Shown here: in pieces, positions 28,292-38,032 of the stretch
How the letters are laid out: every line of letters starts with the position of its first letter
Numbering within the stretch: the first letter of the stretch is position 1
Source: Sulfuritalea sp.
GTDB lineage: Bacteria; Pseudomonadota; Gammaproteobacteria; Burkholderiales; Rhodocyclaceae
Direction of reading: 5' to 3'
DNA: 64,000 bases
Assembly (NCBI RefSeq): GCF_017302275.1
Contig: NZ_JAFLDR010000016.1
Coordinates: forward strand, 22,156 to 86,155
The notes under the pieces: model-generated
What the model was told of the DNA's origin: nothing
The model's input: the letters and a program-made list of their open reading frames with translations, nothing else
Databases searched by the model: none
Made by a program: the position numbers and the translations under genes

Positions 28292-29710
28292 ATGAACGCG
28301 TTCCAGCCCGCCAATTCGGAGTACATCGAGAATCGCACCTTCGACGAGATCAGCGTCGGCGACAGCGCGACCCTGGTGCGCACGCTGCGCCACGAGGACA
28401 TCCAGATGTACGCCATCATGTCGGGGGACATCAATCCCTCGCACGTCGATCCGGAATACGCGAATTCGTCGATGCTGCGCGAGGTGATCGCCCACGGCAT
28501 GTGGGGTGGCGCGCTGATTTCCAACGTGCTGGGAACCCAGTTTCCCGGCCCGGGCACGGTCTACAAGGATCAGACGCTGCACTTCGCGCAGCCGGTGCGG
28601 GTCGGCGATACGCTGACGGTGACCGTCACCTGCGAGAAGAAATTCCCGCGCAACCACCACATGGTGTTCGACTGCCTCTGCGTCAATCAGGACGGACAGA
28701 AGGTCATCACCGGCACGGCGGAAGTGCTGGCGCCGACCGAGAAGGTCAAGCGCCTCAAGGCCAACCTGCCCGATTTCAAGCTGTCGGAAACGCGCAAGGC
28801 GCGCTTCGAGCACCTGCTGGAAATCATGCGCGGCCTGACGCCGATCTCGATGGCGGTGGCCCACCCCTGCGATACCGAGTCGCTGCGGGGCGCGCTGCTG
28901 GCGCGAGATCGCGGCCTGATCGTGCCGACCCTGGTCGGGCCCGAGGAGAAAATCCGCCAGATCGCCGAAGCCAACGCGCTCGACCTGTACGGCTGCACCC
29001 TGATCAACGTCGCCCACAGCCATGCGGCCGCCGAAGTGGCGGTGTCGCTGGCACGCGAAGGCCAGGTCGAAGCGCTGATGAAGGGCTCGCTGCACACCGA
29101 CGAACTGATGAGCGAAGTGGTGGACAAGGCGACCGGCCTGCGCACCGAACGGCGCATCAGCCATGTGTTCCTGATGGACGTGCCGACCTATCCGCGCCTG
29201 CTGTTCATCACCGACGCGGCGGTCAACGTCGCGCCCGACCTGGAAACCAAGGTCGACATCGTGCAGAACGCCATCGACCTGGCGCGCATGCTGAAGATCG
29301 CCGATCCCAAGGTGGCGATCCTCGCCGCGGTGGAAACCGTCAACCTCAAGATGCAGGCCACGCTCGACGCCGCCGCGCTGTGCAAGATGGCCGACCGCGG
29401 CCAGATCACCGGCGGCCTGCTTGACGGCCCGTTGGCCTTCGACAACGCGATCTCGGTGGTCGCCGCGCGCACCAAGGGCATCAAGTCGGCGGTGGCCGGC
29501 CAGGCCGACATCCTGCTGGTGCCGGACATCGAATCGGGCAACATGCTGGCCAAGCAACTGGAATACCTCGCCGATGCGCTGACCTCGGGCATCGTGCTCG
29601 GCGCCCGGGTGCCGATCGTGCTCACCAGCCGCGCCGACTCCGCCGAAACCCGCACCGCCTCCACCGCGGTGGCGATGGTCATGGCCCACGCCAAGCGCAA
29701 GAAGGCTTGA
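28292..29710 (+). CDS. Bifunctional MaoC-type enoyl-CoA hydratase / phosphate acetyl(butyryl)transferase
   Basis: SGDINPSHVD, IAHGMW (MaoC); LMKGSLHTDE, DGPLAFDNAIS, VPDIESGNML, LTSRADS (PTA/PTB). Confidence 0.93.
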   Translation: MNAFQPANSEYIENRTFDEISVGDSATLVRTLRHEDIQMYAIMSGDINPSHVDPEYANSSMLREVIAHGMWGGALISNVLGTQFPGPGTVYKDQTLHFAQPVRVGDTLTVTVTCEKKFPRNHHMVFDCLCVNQDGQKVITGTAEVLAPTEKVKRLKANLPDFKLSETRKARFEHLLEIMRGLTPISMAVAHPCDTESLRGALLARDRGLIVPTLVGPEEKIRQIAEANALDLYGCTLINVAHSHAAAEVAVSLAREGQVEALMKGSLHTDELMSEVVDKATGLRTERRISHVFLMDVPTYPRLLFITDAAVNVAPDLETKVDIVQNAIDLARMLKIADPKVAILAAVETVNLKMQATLDAAALCKMADRGQITGGLLDGPLAFDNAISVVAARTKGIKSAVAGQADILLVPDIESGNMLAKQLEYLADALTSGIVLGARVPIVLTSRADSAETRTASTAVAMVMAHAKRKKA

Positions 29711-29801
29711 CGCCCATGGTTTCGACGAGCCACACAACTGCATGACAAATCGCACTTCCGTCACGCAGCGGGCTAGAAAATGGGCCCGCCCCTCCCATCC
29801 T

Positions 29802-29840
29802 CCCCTCGCGGGGAGGCTACTGATCGGCTCGCTGCGCTCG
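29802..29840 (+). repeat. REP-like element family 3
   Basis: CCCCTCGCGGGGAGGCTACTGATCGGCTCGCTGCGCTCG; 35/39 identical to the reverse complement of 36519-36557. Confidence 0.75.
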
Positions 29841-29895
29841 ATGATGGCTTGGCGCGCCGATCAGTTTCCCTCACCTCGACTAGCGGCAACCCACC

Positions 29896-31095
29896 ATGGC
29901 TGATGGAATCCTGACCCTCAACGCCGGATCGTCCTCGATCAAGTTCGCGCTGTTCGCGCGGGAAGCCACCATTCCGCGGCAGCCGGTGCTGGTCGGCCAG
30001 ATCGACGGCATCGGCGCCGCCGGCCAGGCGGCGCACCTGAAGGCAAAGGATGCCGCGGGCAGGACCCTGGACGACGCCGACCTCGACCTCGACGGCCCGG
30101 CCCTGACGCCGCACCAGGCGGCGTTGCGCCACCTCGTCGGCTGGCTGCACCGACACGAGGCCGGCTGGCGCATCGCCGGCGTCGGCCACCGCGTGGTGCA
30201 TGGCGCGCAGCAGTTCTCCAGGCCGGTGGTGCTCGACGACGCGATGATCGCCGCGCTGCGCGGCTTCATCCCGCTGGCGCCTCTGCACCAGCCGCACAAC
30301 CTGGCAGGCATCGACGCGATGCGTTCGGCATCGCCCGGCCTGCCCCAGGTGGCCTGCTTCGATACCGCCTTCCACCGCAGCCAGCCGGAGGTGGCGCAAC
30401 TCTTCGCGCTGCCGCGCGCGATCACCGCCGAAGGCGTGAGGCGCTATGGCTTCCATGGCCTGTCCTACGAATACATCGCCGACGTGCTGCCGCAACACCT
30501 CGGCGACGAACGCGCCGATGGTCGCGTGGTCGTCGCCCACCTCGGCAACGGCGCCTCGATGTGCGCCATGCGGGGACGCCGCAGCCAGGCCTCGACCATG
30601 GGCTTCACCGCCGTCGATGGCCTGATGATGGGCACCCGCACCGGCAACCTCGATCCCGGCGTGCTGCTCTATCTGATGGATTACCGCAAGATGGACGTCG
30701 CCGCGCTGACCCGGCTGCTCTACAAGGAATCCGGCCTGCTCGGCGTTTCCGGCATCAGCCAGGACATGCGCGTGCTGCTGGATTCCCCGGCGCCGGAGGC
30801 GCGCGAGGCGGTGGACCTGTTCTGCTATCGCATCGTGCGCGAAATCGGTTCGCTGGCCGCGGCGCTGGGCGGTCTGGATGCGCTGGTGTTCACCGGCGGC
30901 ATCGGCGAACACGGTGCGCCGGTGCGCGAACGCGTCTGCGCCAGCCTCGGCTGGCTCGGAATCGAACTGGATGGGCCGGCAAACGCCGCCAACGCGGCGA
31001 AAATTTCGGCGACAAGCAGCCGGGTTGATGCTTGCGTGATACCCACCAACGAGGAATGGATAATCGCGCGCCACACGGCGGGCCTCATCGGCTGA
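29896..31095 (+). CDS. ackA: Acetate/propionate kinase
   Basis: LNAGSSSIKF, GHRVVHG, APLHQP, FDTAFH, RRYGFHGLS, HLGNGAS, GTRTG, FTGGIGE, IPTNEE. Confidence 0.95.
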   Translation: MADGILTLNAGSSSIKFALFAREATIPRQPVLVGQIDGIGAAGQAAHLKAKDAAGRTLDDADLDLDGPALTPHQAALRHLVGWLHRHEAGWRIAGVGHRVVHGAQQFSRPVVLDDAMIAALRGFIPLAPLHQPHNLAGIDAMRSASPGLPQVACFDTAFHRSQPEVAQLFALPRAITAEGVRRYGFHGLSYEYIADVLPQHLGDERADGRVVVAHLGNGASMCAMRGRRSQASTMGFTAVDGLMMGTRTGNLDPGVLLYLMDYRKMDVAALTRLLYKESGLLGVSGISQDMRVLLDSPAPEAREAVDLFCYRIVREIGSLAAALGGLDALVFTGGIGEHGAPVRERVCASLGWLGIELDGPANAANAAKISATSSRVDACVIPTNEEWIIARHTAGLIG

Positions 31096-31256
31096 GCAGG
31101 TACTTTCGCGTTTTTCCAGGCCTGTGGCGTCTGTCAACCCCCTTCATGGGATGCCAGCCGGCCCTCAAGCAATAAGCGGCCCAAACCGGCTTCAGCCCAT
31201 GCCTTGAAAAGCAGCGCCATCCCGCTGTTTTTCTTCCAATTTCACACCAACAAAAC

Positions 31257-31272
31257 ATACTATATCTAGTAG
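31257..31272. promoter_or_regulatory. NrdR box
   Basis: ATACTATATCTAGTAG matches acaCwAtATaTwGtg, upstream of a ribonucleotide reductase. Confidence 0.7.
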
Positions 31273-31416
31273 GGCGCACCCGGCAGTCGCACTAGGCGTT
31301 TTCGTAATTCATTGTTTTTGTTTGATAAAAAATTTTCCACTTTTCACGAACGAGAGCCGGGGTTATGCTTCGGCGCTCACTGGAACCTTAATCGGAACTG
31401 CCATTCGGAAGAGACC

Positions 31417-34311
31417 ATGACCACGACAATAAATAATACTGAGGAATCATCAAGCTACGAGTACACCGGGCAAATGGACCTGCCCCTGCCGCAAGAAATT
31501 TCAGGCGAAGTCCTGGTCGAGAAGTACGCCAAGGGCACTGAACGCGACGTTCGCGATGTCCGCAGCCGCGTTGCCCGCGCCCTGGCCTCGATCGAAACCG
31601 AAGACAAGCGCGCGCAATGGGAAGCGCGCTTCCTCGAAGCCCAGGAAAACGGTTTCGTCCCCGCCGGTCGCATCAACTCCGCCGCCGGCACCGACCTTTG
31701 CGCCACGCTGATCAACTGCTTCGTGCAGCCGGTGGGCGATTCGATCTCCGAGGTCGTCGACGGCCGTCCCGGCATCTACACTGCACTGCTGCAGGCCGCC
31801 GAGACCATGCGCCGCGGCGGCGGCGTCGGCTACGACTTCTCCTCGATCCGCCCGATCGGCGCCCACGTCAAGGGCACCCAGTCGCGCGCCTCCGGCCCCG
31901 TCTCCTACATGCGCGTCTTCGACCGCTCCTGCGAGACCGTCGAATCGGCCGGCAGCCGCCGCGGCGCGCAAATGGGCGTACTGCGCTGCGACCATCCGGA
32001 CATCGAGGAATTCATCCACGCCAAGGACGCCGGCGACCTGACCAACTTCAACATCTCGGTCGGCGTCACCGATCCCTTCATGCAGGCCGTGGAAGCCGAC
32101 GGCGACATCGAACTGACCCACCGCGCCACGCCCTCCGCCGACATCAAGGCCGCCGGCGCCTACCAGCGCGGCGACGGCCAGTGGGTCTATCGCAAGGTGC
32201 GCGCGCGCGACCTGTGGGAGCAAATCATGCGCTCCACCTACGATCACGCCGAACCGGGCATCCTGTTCCTCGATCGCATGAACAAGGACAACAACCTCTA
32301 CTACTGCGAGACCATCGAGGCCACCAACCCCTGCGCCGAACAGCCGCTGCCGCCCTACGGCTGCTGCTGCCTCGGCTCGATCAACCTGACGCTGTTCGTC
32401 AGGGAAGCCTTCGGCAAGACGCCCAGCTTCGACTTCGCCGCCTTCGGCCGCGTCATCGACACCTCGGTGCGCATGCTCGACAACGTGCTCGACGCCACGC
32501 ACTGGCCGCTCGAACAGCAACTCAAGGAGGCGCAGAACAAGCGCCGCGTCGGGCTCGGCTTCACCGGCCTCGGCGACGCGCTGATCATGCTCAAGCTGCG
32601 CTACGACAGCGACGCCGCGCGCGCCATGGCGACCCGGATCTCCGAATACATGCGCGACCGTTCCTACCTGTATTCGGTGGAGCTGGCCAAGGAACGCGGC
32701 GCCTTCCCGCTGTTCAACGCCGACATGTACCTGTCCGGCGGCAACTTCGCCTCGCGCCTGCCGCAGGAGATCAAGGACGCGATCCGCAAGCACGGCCTGC
32801 GCAACTCGCACCTGCTGTCGATCGCCCCCACCGGCACCATCAGCCTCGCCTTCGCCGACAACGCCAGCAACGGCATCGAGCCGCCCTTCTCCTGGACCTA
32901 CACGCGCAAGAAGCGCATGGCCGACGGCACCTTCAAGGAGTATGCGGTCGAGGACTACGCCTGGCGCCTTTACAAGCATCAGGGTGGCGATATCTCGAAG
33001 CTCCCGGACTACTTCGTCACCGCGCTGGAAATCTCGGCCCAGGCGCACGAGCGCATGGTCGCCGCGGTCGCCCCCTACGTCGACACCTCGATCTCGAAGA
33101 CGGTGAATGTTCCCGCCGACTATCCCTACGAGGATTTCGAGGACCTCTACATGGTGGCCTGGAAATCCGGCCTCAAGGGTCTTGCCACCTACCGTCCCAA
33201 CTCCGTACTCGGCAGCGTGCTGTCGGTGACGCCGACCGCCTCGGAAACCGCGCAAAAGCAGCCGCAGGACGTCACCATCGACCACGCCAACCGGCGCCTG
33301 TCGATCGGTGCCCTGCCGGCCCCGGTGCTTGCTTCCCTGCGCTGGCCCGGCCGGCCGCGCATGGCGGACGGCAATGCCGCCTGGACCTACATGATCGAGG
33401 CGCCGCACGGCGAGTTCGCCCTCTTCGTCGGCCAGATCGAGAACGACCTGGGCCGCGACGTACCCTTCGAAGTCTGGGTCAATGGCGCCGAGCAGCCGCG
33501 CGGCATCGGCGCCGTGGCCAAGACCCTGTCGATGGACATGCGCGCCAACGACAAGGCCTGGCTCAAGCTCAAGCTCGACGCGCTGGCCCGCACCCCTGAC
33601 GACGATTCCTTCGAACTGCCGATGCCGCCCAACGGCGAGCGCAAGCTGGTCCCCGGCGTGGTGTCCGCGCTAGCCCAGGTGGTGCGCTACCGCTGCGAGA
33701 AACTCGGCGCGCTGGAAGGCACCGAAGCCACGCCCGTGATCGACTGCATGTTCAGCCGCGACGAACCCAAGACCGGCACCGACGGCACGCTGTCATGGAC
33801 GGTGGACGTGGTGAATCCGGCGGCCAGCGAGGAATTCGTGCTCGGCCTCAAGGAAATCACCCTGCCCGACGGCGTCACGCGGCCCTACTCGGTGTGGCTC
33901 TCCGGCCATTATCCGCGCGCGCTGGATGGCCTGACGCGCCTGCTCTCGCTCGACATGCGCGTGCTCGATCCGGCCTGGATCGGCATGAAGCTCCGCAAGC
34001 TGCTGAACTACGCCGAACCGCTGGGCGATTTCATGGCCCGCGTCCCCGGCTCCAGCAAGCAACAAAACTGGCCCTCGACCGTGGCCTACATCGCGCGCCT
34101 GATCATGCACCGCTACGCCATGCTCGGCATCCTCGACGAGAACGGCTACCCGACGCGCGAAATGGGCATCCTCGAAGTCCCCGAGCAGAAGAGCGGCGGC
34201 GTCAAGGTGATGCAGGGCTCGCTGTGCAGCGAGTGCGGCAATTACACCGTCATCCGCAAGGACGGCTGCGATTTCTGCTCCGCCTGCGGCGCGGTGGGAA
34301 GTTGCGGCTGA
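31417..34311 (+). CDS. nrdJ: Adenosylcobalamin-dependent (class II) ribonucleoside-diphosphate reductase with TSCPD-type C-terminal region
   Basis: [44 protein letters not shown]-terminal CxxC...CxxC; no nrdB partner adjacent. Confidence 0.92.
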   Translation: MTTTINNTEESSSYEYTGQMDLPLPQEISGEVLVEKYAKGTERDVRDVRSRVARALASIETEDKRAQWEARFLEAQENGFVPAGRINSAAGTDLCATLINCFVQPVGDSISEVVDGRPGIYTALLQAAETMRRGGGVGYDFSSIRPIGAHVKGTQSRASGPVSYMRVFDRSCETVESAGSRRGAQMGVLRCDHPDIEEFIHAKDAGDLTNFNISVGVTDPFMQAVEADGDIELTHRATPSADIKAAGAYQRGDGQWVYRKVRARDLWEQIMRSTYDHAEPGILFLDRMNKDNNLYYCETIEATNPCAEQPLPPYGCCCLGSINLTLFVREAFGKTPSFDFAAFGRVIDTSVRMLDNVLDATHWPLEQQLKEAQNKRRVGLGFTGLGDALIMLKLRYDSDAARAMATRISEYMRDRSYLYSVELAKERGAFPLFNADMYLSGGNFASRLPQEIKDAIRKHGLRNSHLLSIAPTGTISLAFADNASNGIEPPFSWTYTRKKRMADGTFKEYAVEDYAWRLYKHQGGDISKLPDYFVTALEISAQAHERMVAAVAPYVDTSISKTVNVPADYPYEDFEDLYMVAWKSGLKGLATYRPNSVLGSVLSVTPTASETAQKQPQDVTIDHANRRLSIGALPAPVLASLRWPGRPRMADGNAAWTYMIEAPHGEFALFVGQIENDLGRDVPFEVWVNGAEQPRGIGAVAKTLSMDMRANDKAWLKLKLDALARTPDDDSFELPMPPNGERKLVPGVVSALAQVVRYRCEKLGALEGTEATPVIDCMFSRDEPKTGTDGTLSWTVDVVNPAASEEFVLGLKEITLPDGVTRPYSVWLSGHYPRALDGLTRLLSLDMRVLDPAWIGMKLRKLLNYAEPLGDFMARVPGSSKQQNWPSTVAYIARLIMHRYAMLGILDENGYPTREMGILEVPEQKSGGVKVMQGSLCSECGNYTVIRKDGCDFCSACGAVGSCG

Positions 34312-34338
34312 GCGACCCGGAGCGCTTTCGTTTCACCG

Positions 34339-34374
34339 AAGCCCCGGAGCCGCAATGCGGCCGGGGCTTTTTTT
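34339..34374 (+). terminator. Intrinsic terminator of nrdJ
   Basis: AAGCCCCGG...CCGGGGCTT followed by a T7 run. Confidence 0.85.
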
Positions 34375-34376
34375 CG

Positions 34377-34399
34377 CCGTGTCGCCAGCGCCGACTCTT
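34377..34399 (-). repeat. Dispersed 23-bp motif, short form
   Basis: AAGAGTCGGCGCTGGCGACACGG (reverse strand), just after the eamA-like stop. Confidence 0.88.
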
Positions 34400-34406
34400 G
34401 TACTGC

Positions 34407-35327
34407 TCAGCTCCGCCGCGAGGCGACGAAGATGCCGGCGACGATCAGCAGGAAGGCCAGCCCGTGGTAAGCCTCGGGCCATTCGCCGATGACCAGAACC
34501 GAGAGCACGGCGGCGATCAGCGGTGTCAGGTTGTAGAAGATCGCCGCCATCGCCGGCCCTGCCTCCGCTACCGCCAGTCCCCATGAGCGGTAGGCGATGA
34601 CCGATGGACCGACGGCGATGAAGACGATGGTGGCGACCAATCGCCAGTTCCAGTCGGGCGTCATCGAGGGTGCGACGGCTTCGCCGATGCCGGCGGCGGC
34701 GAAGCCGATGACCACGCCGAACAGGCATTGCGCGAACAGGAACTCGGCCCAGTTCCAGTCCGGCCGCGCGGCGCCGCTCATGTGCGCCGGCGGCCGCGCC
34801 AGCATCCAGCTGTAGACCGCCCAGCCGATGATGGCCAGCACCATCAGCAGGTCACCCTCGACCGGCTGGATGCGCAGCAGGACATCCGGGTCGCCACGCG
34901 ACAACACCGTCAGCACGCCGGCCAGCGAGAGCATGGCACCGAACGATTGCGGCCGCGTCGGATGCACGCGGTAGAAGAGCGCGCCGACAATCATCGACCA
35001 CAGCGGCAGGCTGGCGGCGATCAGCGTCACGTTGAGCGGCGTGCTGGTGCGCAGGGCCACGTATTGCAGGCCGTTGTAGGCGCCGACGCCGATCAGGCCG
35101 AGGGTGCCGAGATGGACCCAGCGTGCGCCGATCCTGGCGCGCGCCTCGGCGGTCGCCAATACCTTCCAGCCCAGCGGCAGCAGGATCAGCAGCGCCAGCC
35201 CCCAGCGCAGGGCGTTGAGCCAGAGCGGGCCGATGCTGTTGATCGCCAGCCGGGCGAACACGGCATTGCCCGCCCACAGCAGCGGCGGCAGGATCAGCAG
35301 GAGCACCAGGCGCGGGGACAGATGCAT
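34407..35327 (-). CDS. EamA/DMT family transporter
   Basis: LLWAGNAVFAR, 10 TM pattern, duplicated EamA halves. Confidence 0.9.
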   Translation of the reverse strand: MHLSPRLVLLLILPPLLWAGNAVFARLAINSIGPLWLNALRWGLALLILLPLGWKVLATAEARARIGARWVHLGTLGLIGVGAYNGLQYVALRTSTPLNVTLIAASLPLWSMIVGALFYRVHPTRPQSFGAMLSLAGVLTVLSRGDPDVLLRIQPVEGDLLMVLAIIGWAVYSWMLARPPAHMSGAARPDWNWAEFLFAQCLFGVVIGFAAAGIGEAVAPSMTPDWNWRLVATIVFIAVGPSVIAYRSWGLAVAEAGPAMAAIFYNLTPLIAAVLSVLVIGEWPEAYHGLAFLLIVAGIFVASRRS

Positions 35328-35358
35328 GCGGGGTCGGGGCCGTGCCCGCGCCGTCGCC

Positions 35359-36177
35359 TCAGGCGGCCGCTGCCGCTCGATCGAGCCGCGCGATCCAGTC
35401 GAGCACGGCCGCCGTGGTTTCCTCGGGCTTCTCGAAGGGGAACAAGTGCGTACCCTCGATCCAGCTGATGCGCCCCTGTGTCAGCTTATGCGTCGCCGCG
35501 AGGCCTACCTGCCCCACCTCGCGCGACCGCGTGCCGGCGATGAAGGCGATCGGCCCGCCCGGCGGATGCGTGCGCAGGTAAGGCACCAGGCGATGCGGTA
35601 CCGTGGAGTAGATGCTGGCCTCGATGTCGGGGCGGAACTTGAGGCGTCGCGCGGCACCGGCGGCATCGGCCGGATCGGGCTCGGTGCCGTGGCGCACGTA
35701 GTCATCCAGCATCGCCGGATGCCAGCGCGCGAACATCGGCTTGGCGGCGAAATGACTATGGACTTCGCCTAGATCGGACCAGCGATCGCGGCGGCGCAAC
35801 GCGCCGGCGGCCGGAGAGACGCGCGGCATCTGGCCGGCGGCCTTGACCACGCTGATCAGGCCGGACTTCCAGCCGTGGATGATCGGCGCGTCGAGCACGA
35901 TGACGCCGCGTACCCGGCGCGGCCGCTGGCCGGCGGCGAGCAGGCTGAGGTAGCCGCCCATCGAGTGGCCGACCAGCCACAGGCGGGGTTCCGCAAGGCC
36001 GTCGATCAGCGTCGTCAGTTGCTGCGTCATGCCCTGCCAGCGCCGGTCGACGGGAAACTGCGCGTCATGGCCGAAATGCTCGACGGCGGCGACCTCGTGG
36101 CCGGCGGCGCGCCAGCCATCGAACAGGCGTTGATAGGTGGAAGCGCAATAGCTGTTGGCGTGCGAAAAAACGATCAT
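35359..36177 (-). CDS. Alpha/beta fold hydrolase
   Basis: FSHANSY, VGHSMGG, GTHLFPFE. Confidence 0.85.
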   Translation of the reverse strand: MIVFSHANSYCASTYQRLFDGWRAAGHEVAAVEHFGHDAQFPVDRRWQGMTQQLTTLIDGLAEPRLWLVGHSMGGYLSLLAAGQRPRRVRGVIVLDAPIIHGWKSGLISVVKAAGQMPRVSPAAGALRRRDRWSDLGEVHSHFAAKPMFARWHPAMLDDYVRHGTEPDPADAAGAARRLKFRPDIEASIYSTVPHRLVPYLRTHPPGGPIAFIAGTRSREVGQVGLAATHKLTQGRISWIEGTHLFPFEKPEETTAAVLDWIARLDRAAAAA

Positions 36178-36190
36178 GGCATGGCTCGGA

Positions 36191-36475
36191 TCATGCGGAT
36201 GTGGCAAGCGGATTCAAACTCATGCCGGCCGCCAGGGCGCGCTTTTGCGCCGCGCTGAGCTGCTTGATGCTGTGTTCGGCCTTCGACGCCGCCGAGCGGT
36301 CGGCATGGGCCTCGGCGGCCAGCATGCGCAGCGGCGGATGCGCCCGCGTGTAGTGCCCGCCGCGCCCTTCGCGGTGGGCGGCGAAGCGCGCCGCCAGGTC
36401 CACCGTGATGCCGGTGTACAGGCTGCCATCGACGCATTCGATCAGGTACACGAACCAGGTTTTTGGCGCGGCCAT
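36191..36475 (-). CDS. GIY-YIG nuclease family protein (UPF0213/YhbQ-like)
   Basis: FVYLIECVDGSLYTGIT, RFAAH, YTRAHPP, ASKAEHSIKQLS. Confidence 0.9.
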   Translation of the reverse strand: MAAPKTWFVYLIECVDGSLYTGITVDLAARFAAHREGRGGHYTRAHPPLRMLAAEAHADRSAASKAEHSIKQLSAAQKRALAAGMSLNPLATSA

Positions 36476-36518
36476 GGAGTTAGCGGGAAACAATTCGTTC
36501 GGAGCAGCGGGTGGTAGC

Positions 36519-36623
36519 CGAGCGAAGCGAGCTGACCAGAAGCCTCCCCGCGAGGGGGCGAGGCGGCAACTCGCGACGCATGCGTCGCGCCGCCGCAGCC
36601 GGCTGGCTGTGCAAAGCCAGCCG
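36519..36623. repeat. Composite repeat: family 3 element plus family 4 hairpin element
   Basis: 36519-36557 matches 29802-29840 (inverted); 36585-36623 matches 48407-48445. Confidence 0.7.
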
Positions 36624-36711
36624 TGGGCCGCGCAGCGGATGGGTGGGGCGGGCCACTATTTCGCTTTTCGCGTGTTTCATCATCGGCGGGTGTCTCCCAC
36701 TGCCATGAGCG

Positions 36712-37146
36712 TCACGTCAGCAGCGGATGCATCCAGACGAACAGCACCTGTCCCTGGGCGTCGGCCAGGCGCGCCAGGTCCGCCAGGTCGAGGACCAGTG
36801 CCAGCACCTCCTCGGGATCCCAGTGCTCCATCTCGAAATCCTCCGTGGCCGCCAGTTCGGCGGCGACGAGTTCCAGTGCCTCCTCCTCCAGCGTCGCCAG
36901 CCGCTCGGTGGCTTCATCGGCCAGGCGCAGCACCACCGCCCCCTCGCCGCCGACATGGACCGGCTCATAGGTGCTGATCGCCAGGTCGAACTCCTCGCCG
37001 GTAAGCAGGCAGTGCAGCGTGGCGATCTTGGCGGTGTCGATGCCGCGCCGCTCGATGCCGCTCCACTCTTCCAGCGGACGCAGGGATTCGCCGATGGCGA
37101 CACATTCGTCTTCCTCGGCGGCAACGATTTGCGTGAGTATTCCCAA
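36712..37146 (-). CDS. Conserved hypothetical acidic protein
   Basis: 144 aa, TTG start with AAGGAG RBS, host-like codon usage. Confidence 0.65.
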   Translation of the reverse strand: MGILTQIVAAEEDECVAIGESLRPLEEWSGIERRGIDTAKIATLHCLLTGEEFDLAISTYEPVHVGGEGAVVLRLADEATERLATLEEEALELVAAELAATEDFEMEHWDPEEVLALVLDLADLARLADAQGQVLFVWMHPLLT

Positions 37147-37216
37147 GCCTTAACTCCTTTGTACGAGGCCCGCGGATCATAGCGGAAACCACCCACCATG
37201 CCGAAACCTGCGGCGA

Positions 37217-37657
37217 TCAGCGCCGCCGCCGGCCCGCCTTCAGGGCGACCACCGCGGGCAGGCCCAGCGCCAGCCGCGAAAGGCGATCCGCCTCGGCGTT
37301 GCGATGGCGCGGAATCCAGACCAACTCCACGTCCACGAATGGCCGCAGGAGCTCGCCGGCCCGCAGCGCGAGCAATGACAGGCGCTCGATCCGCGTCGCC
37401 GCGGGCACGCGCGCATAACGCAGCGCGACATCGCTGTCGCTATGCAACCGCAGGCGGCAGACGCCCGCCGCAGCCGCCAGTTCCAGCGCGGCGCACAGCG
37501 CATGCAGTTCGGCTTCGTTGTTGCAGCCGTGAGCGCCGGTCAGCGATGAGTTTTCCTTCCGGGTCCCGTCCGGGGCGACGAGGACCACGCCGATGCCGAT
37601 CTTCCCCGGATTGGGCAGCGCCGACCCATCGCACCAGGCCTGCCAGAGCGGCTCGAT
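37217..37657 (-). CDS. Ribonuclease HI family protein (RNase_HI_like)
   Basis: AWCDGSALPNPG, NNEAE, HSDS, WIPRHRNAEADRLS; no canonical start near the domain, ATC at 37657 proposed. Confidence 0.8.
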   Translation of the reverse strand: MEPLWQAWCDGSALPNPGKIGIGVVLVAPDGTRKENSSLTGAHGCNNEAELHALCAALELAAAAGVCRLRLHSDSDVALRYARVPAATRIERLSLLALRAGELLRPFVDVELVWIPRHRNAEADRLSRLALGLPAVVALKAGRRRR

Positions 37658-37665
37658 GTCGGGCC

Positions 37666-37941
37666 TTAGAAAAGACTGCCGACCACGAAGCGATCGCGCG
37701 CCGCGAGCTTTTCGAGGCCCTTCACCACTTCCAGCGAAGCGCCCCACTTCACGATGTGGGCGAGAAAAGTGGTCATGGCCTGCGACAGCGCGTAGCCGGT
37801 CTCCTTCCAGTCGCGGCGGAACTCGTCGAATCCCACGGTCTTGGCCGAGAGTCGGCCGCTCCTCATCGGCACCAGGGTAACGCTGTCGCCCCGGTTGCGA
37901 ATCACGATCGCGGTAGTTCGTTTGCCGTTGATGACGACCAC
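37666..37941 (-). CDS. Hypothetical protein (91 aa)
   Basis: GTG start with GGAGG RBS; host-like codon usage. Confidence 0.65.
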   Translation of the reverse strand: MVVINGKRTTAIVIRNRGDSVTLVPMRSGRLSAKTVGFDEFRRDWKETGYALSQAMTTFLAHIVKWGASLEVVKGLEKLAARDRFVVGSLF

Positions 37942-38032
37942 ATGCGCCTCCCTTGCCTATCCGACGGGGCAAGCCTATCCGCCGTGACCGGCGCACGAGC
38001 CACGGAAAAAACCGTCTTTTCGGGGCCAGCTT

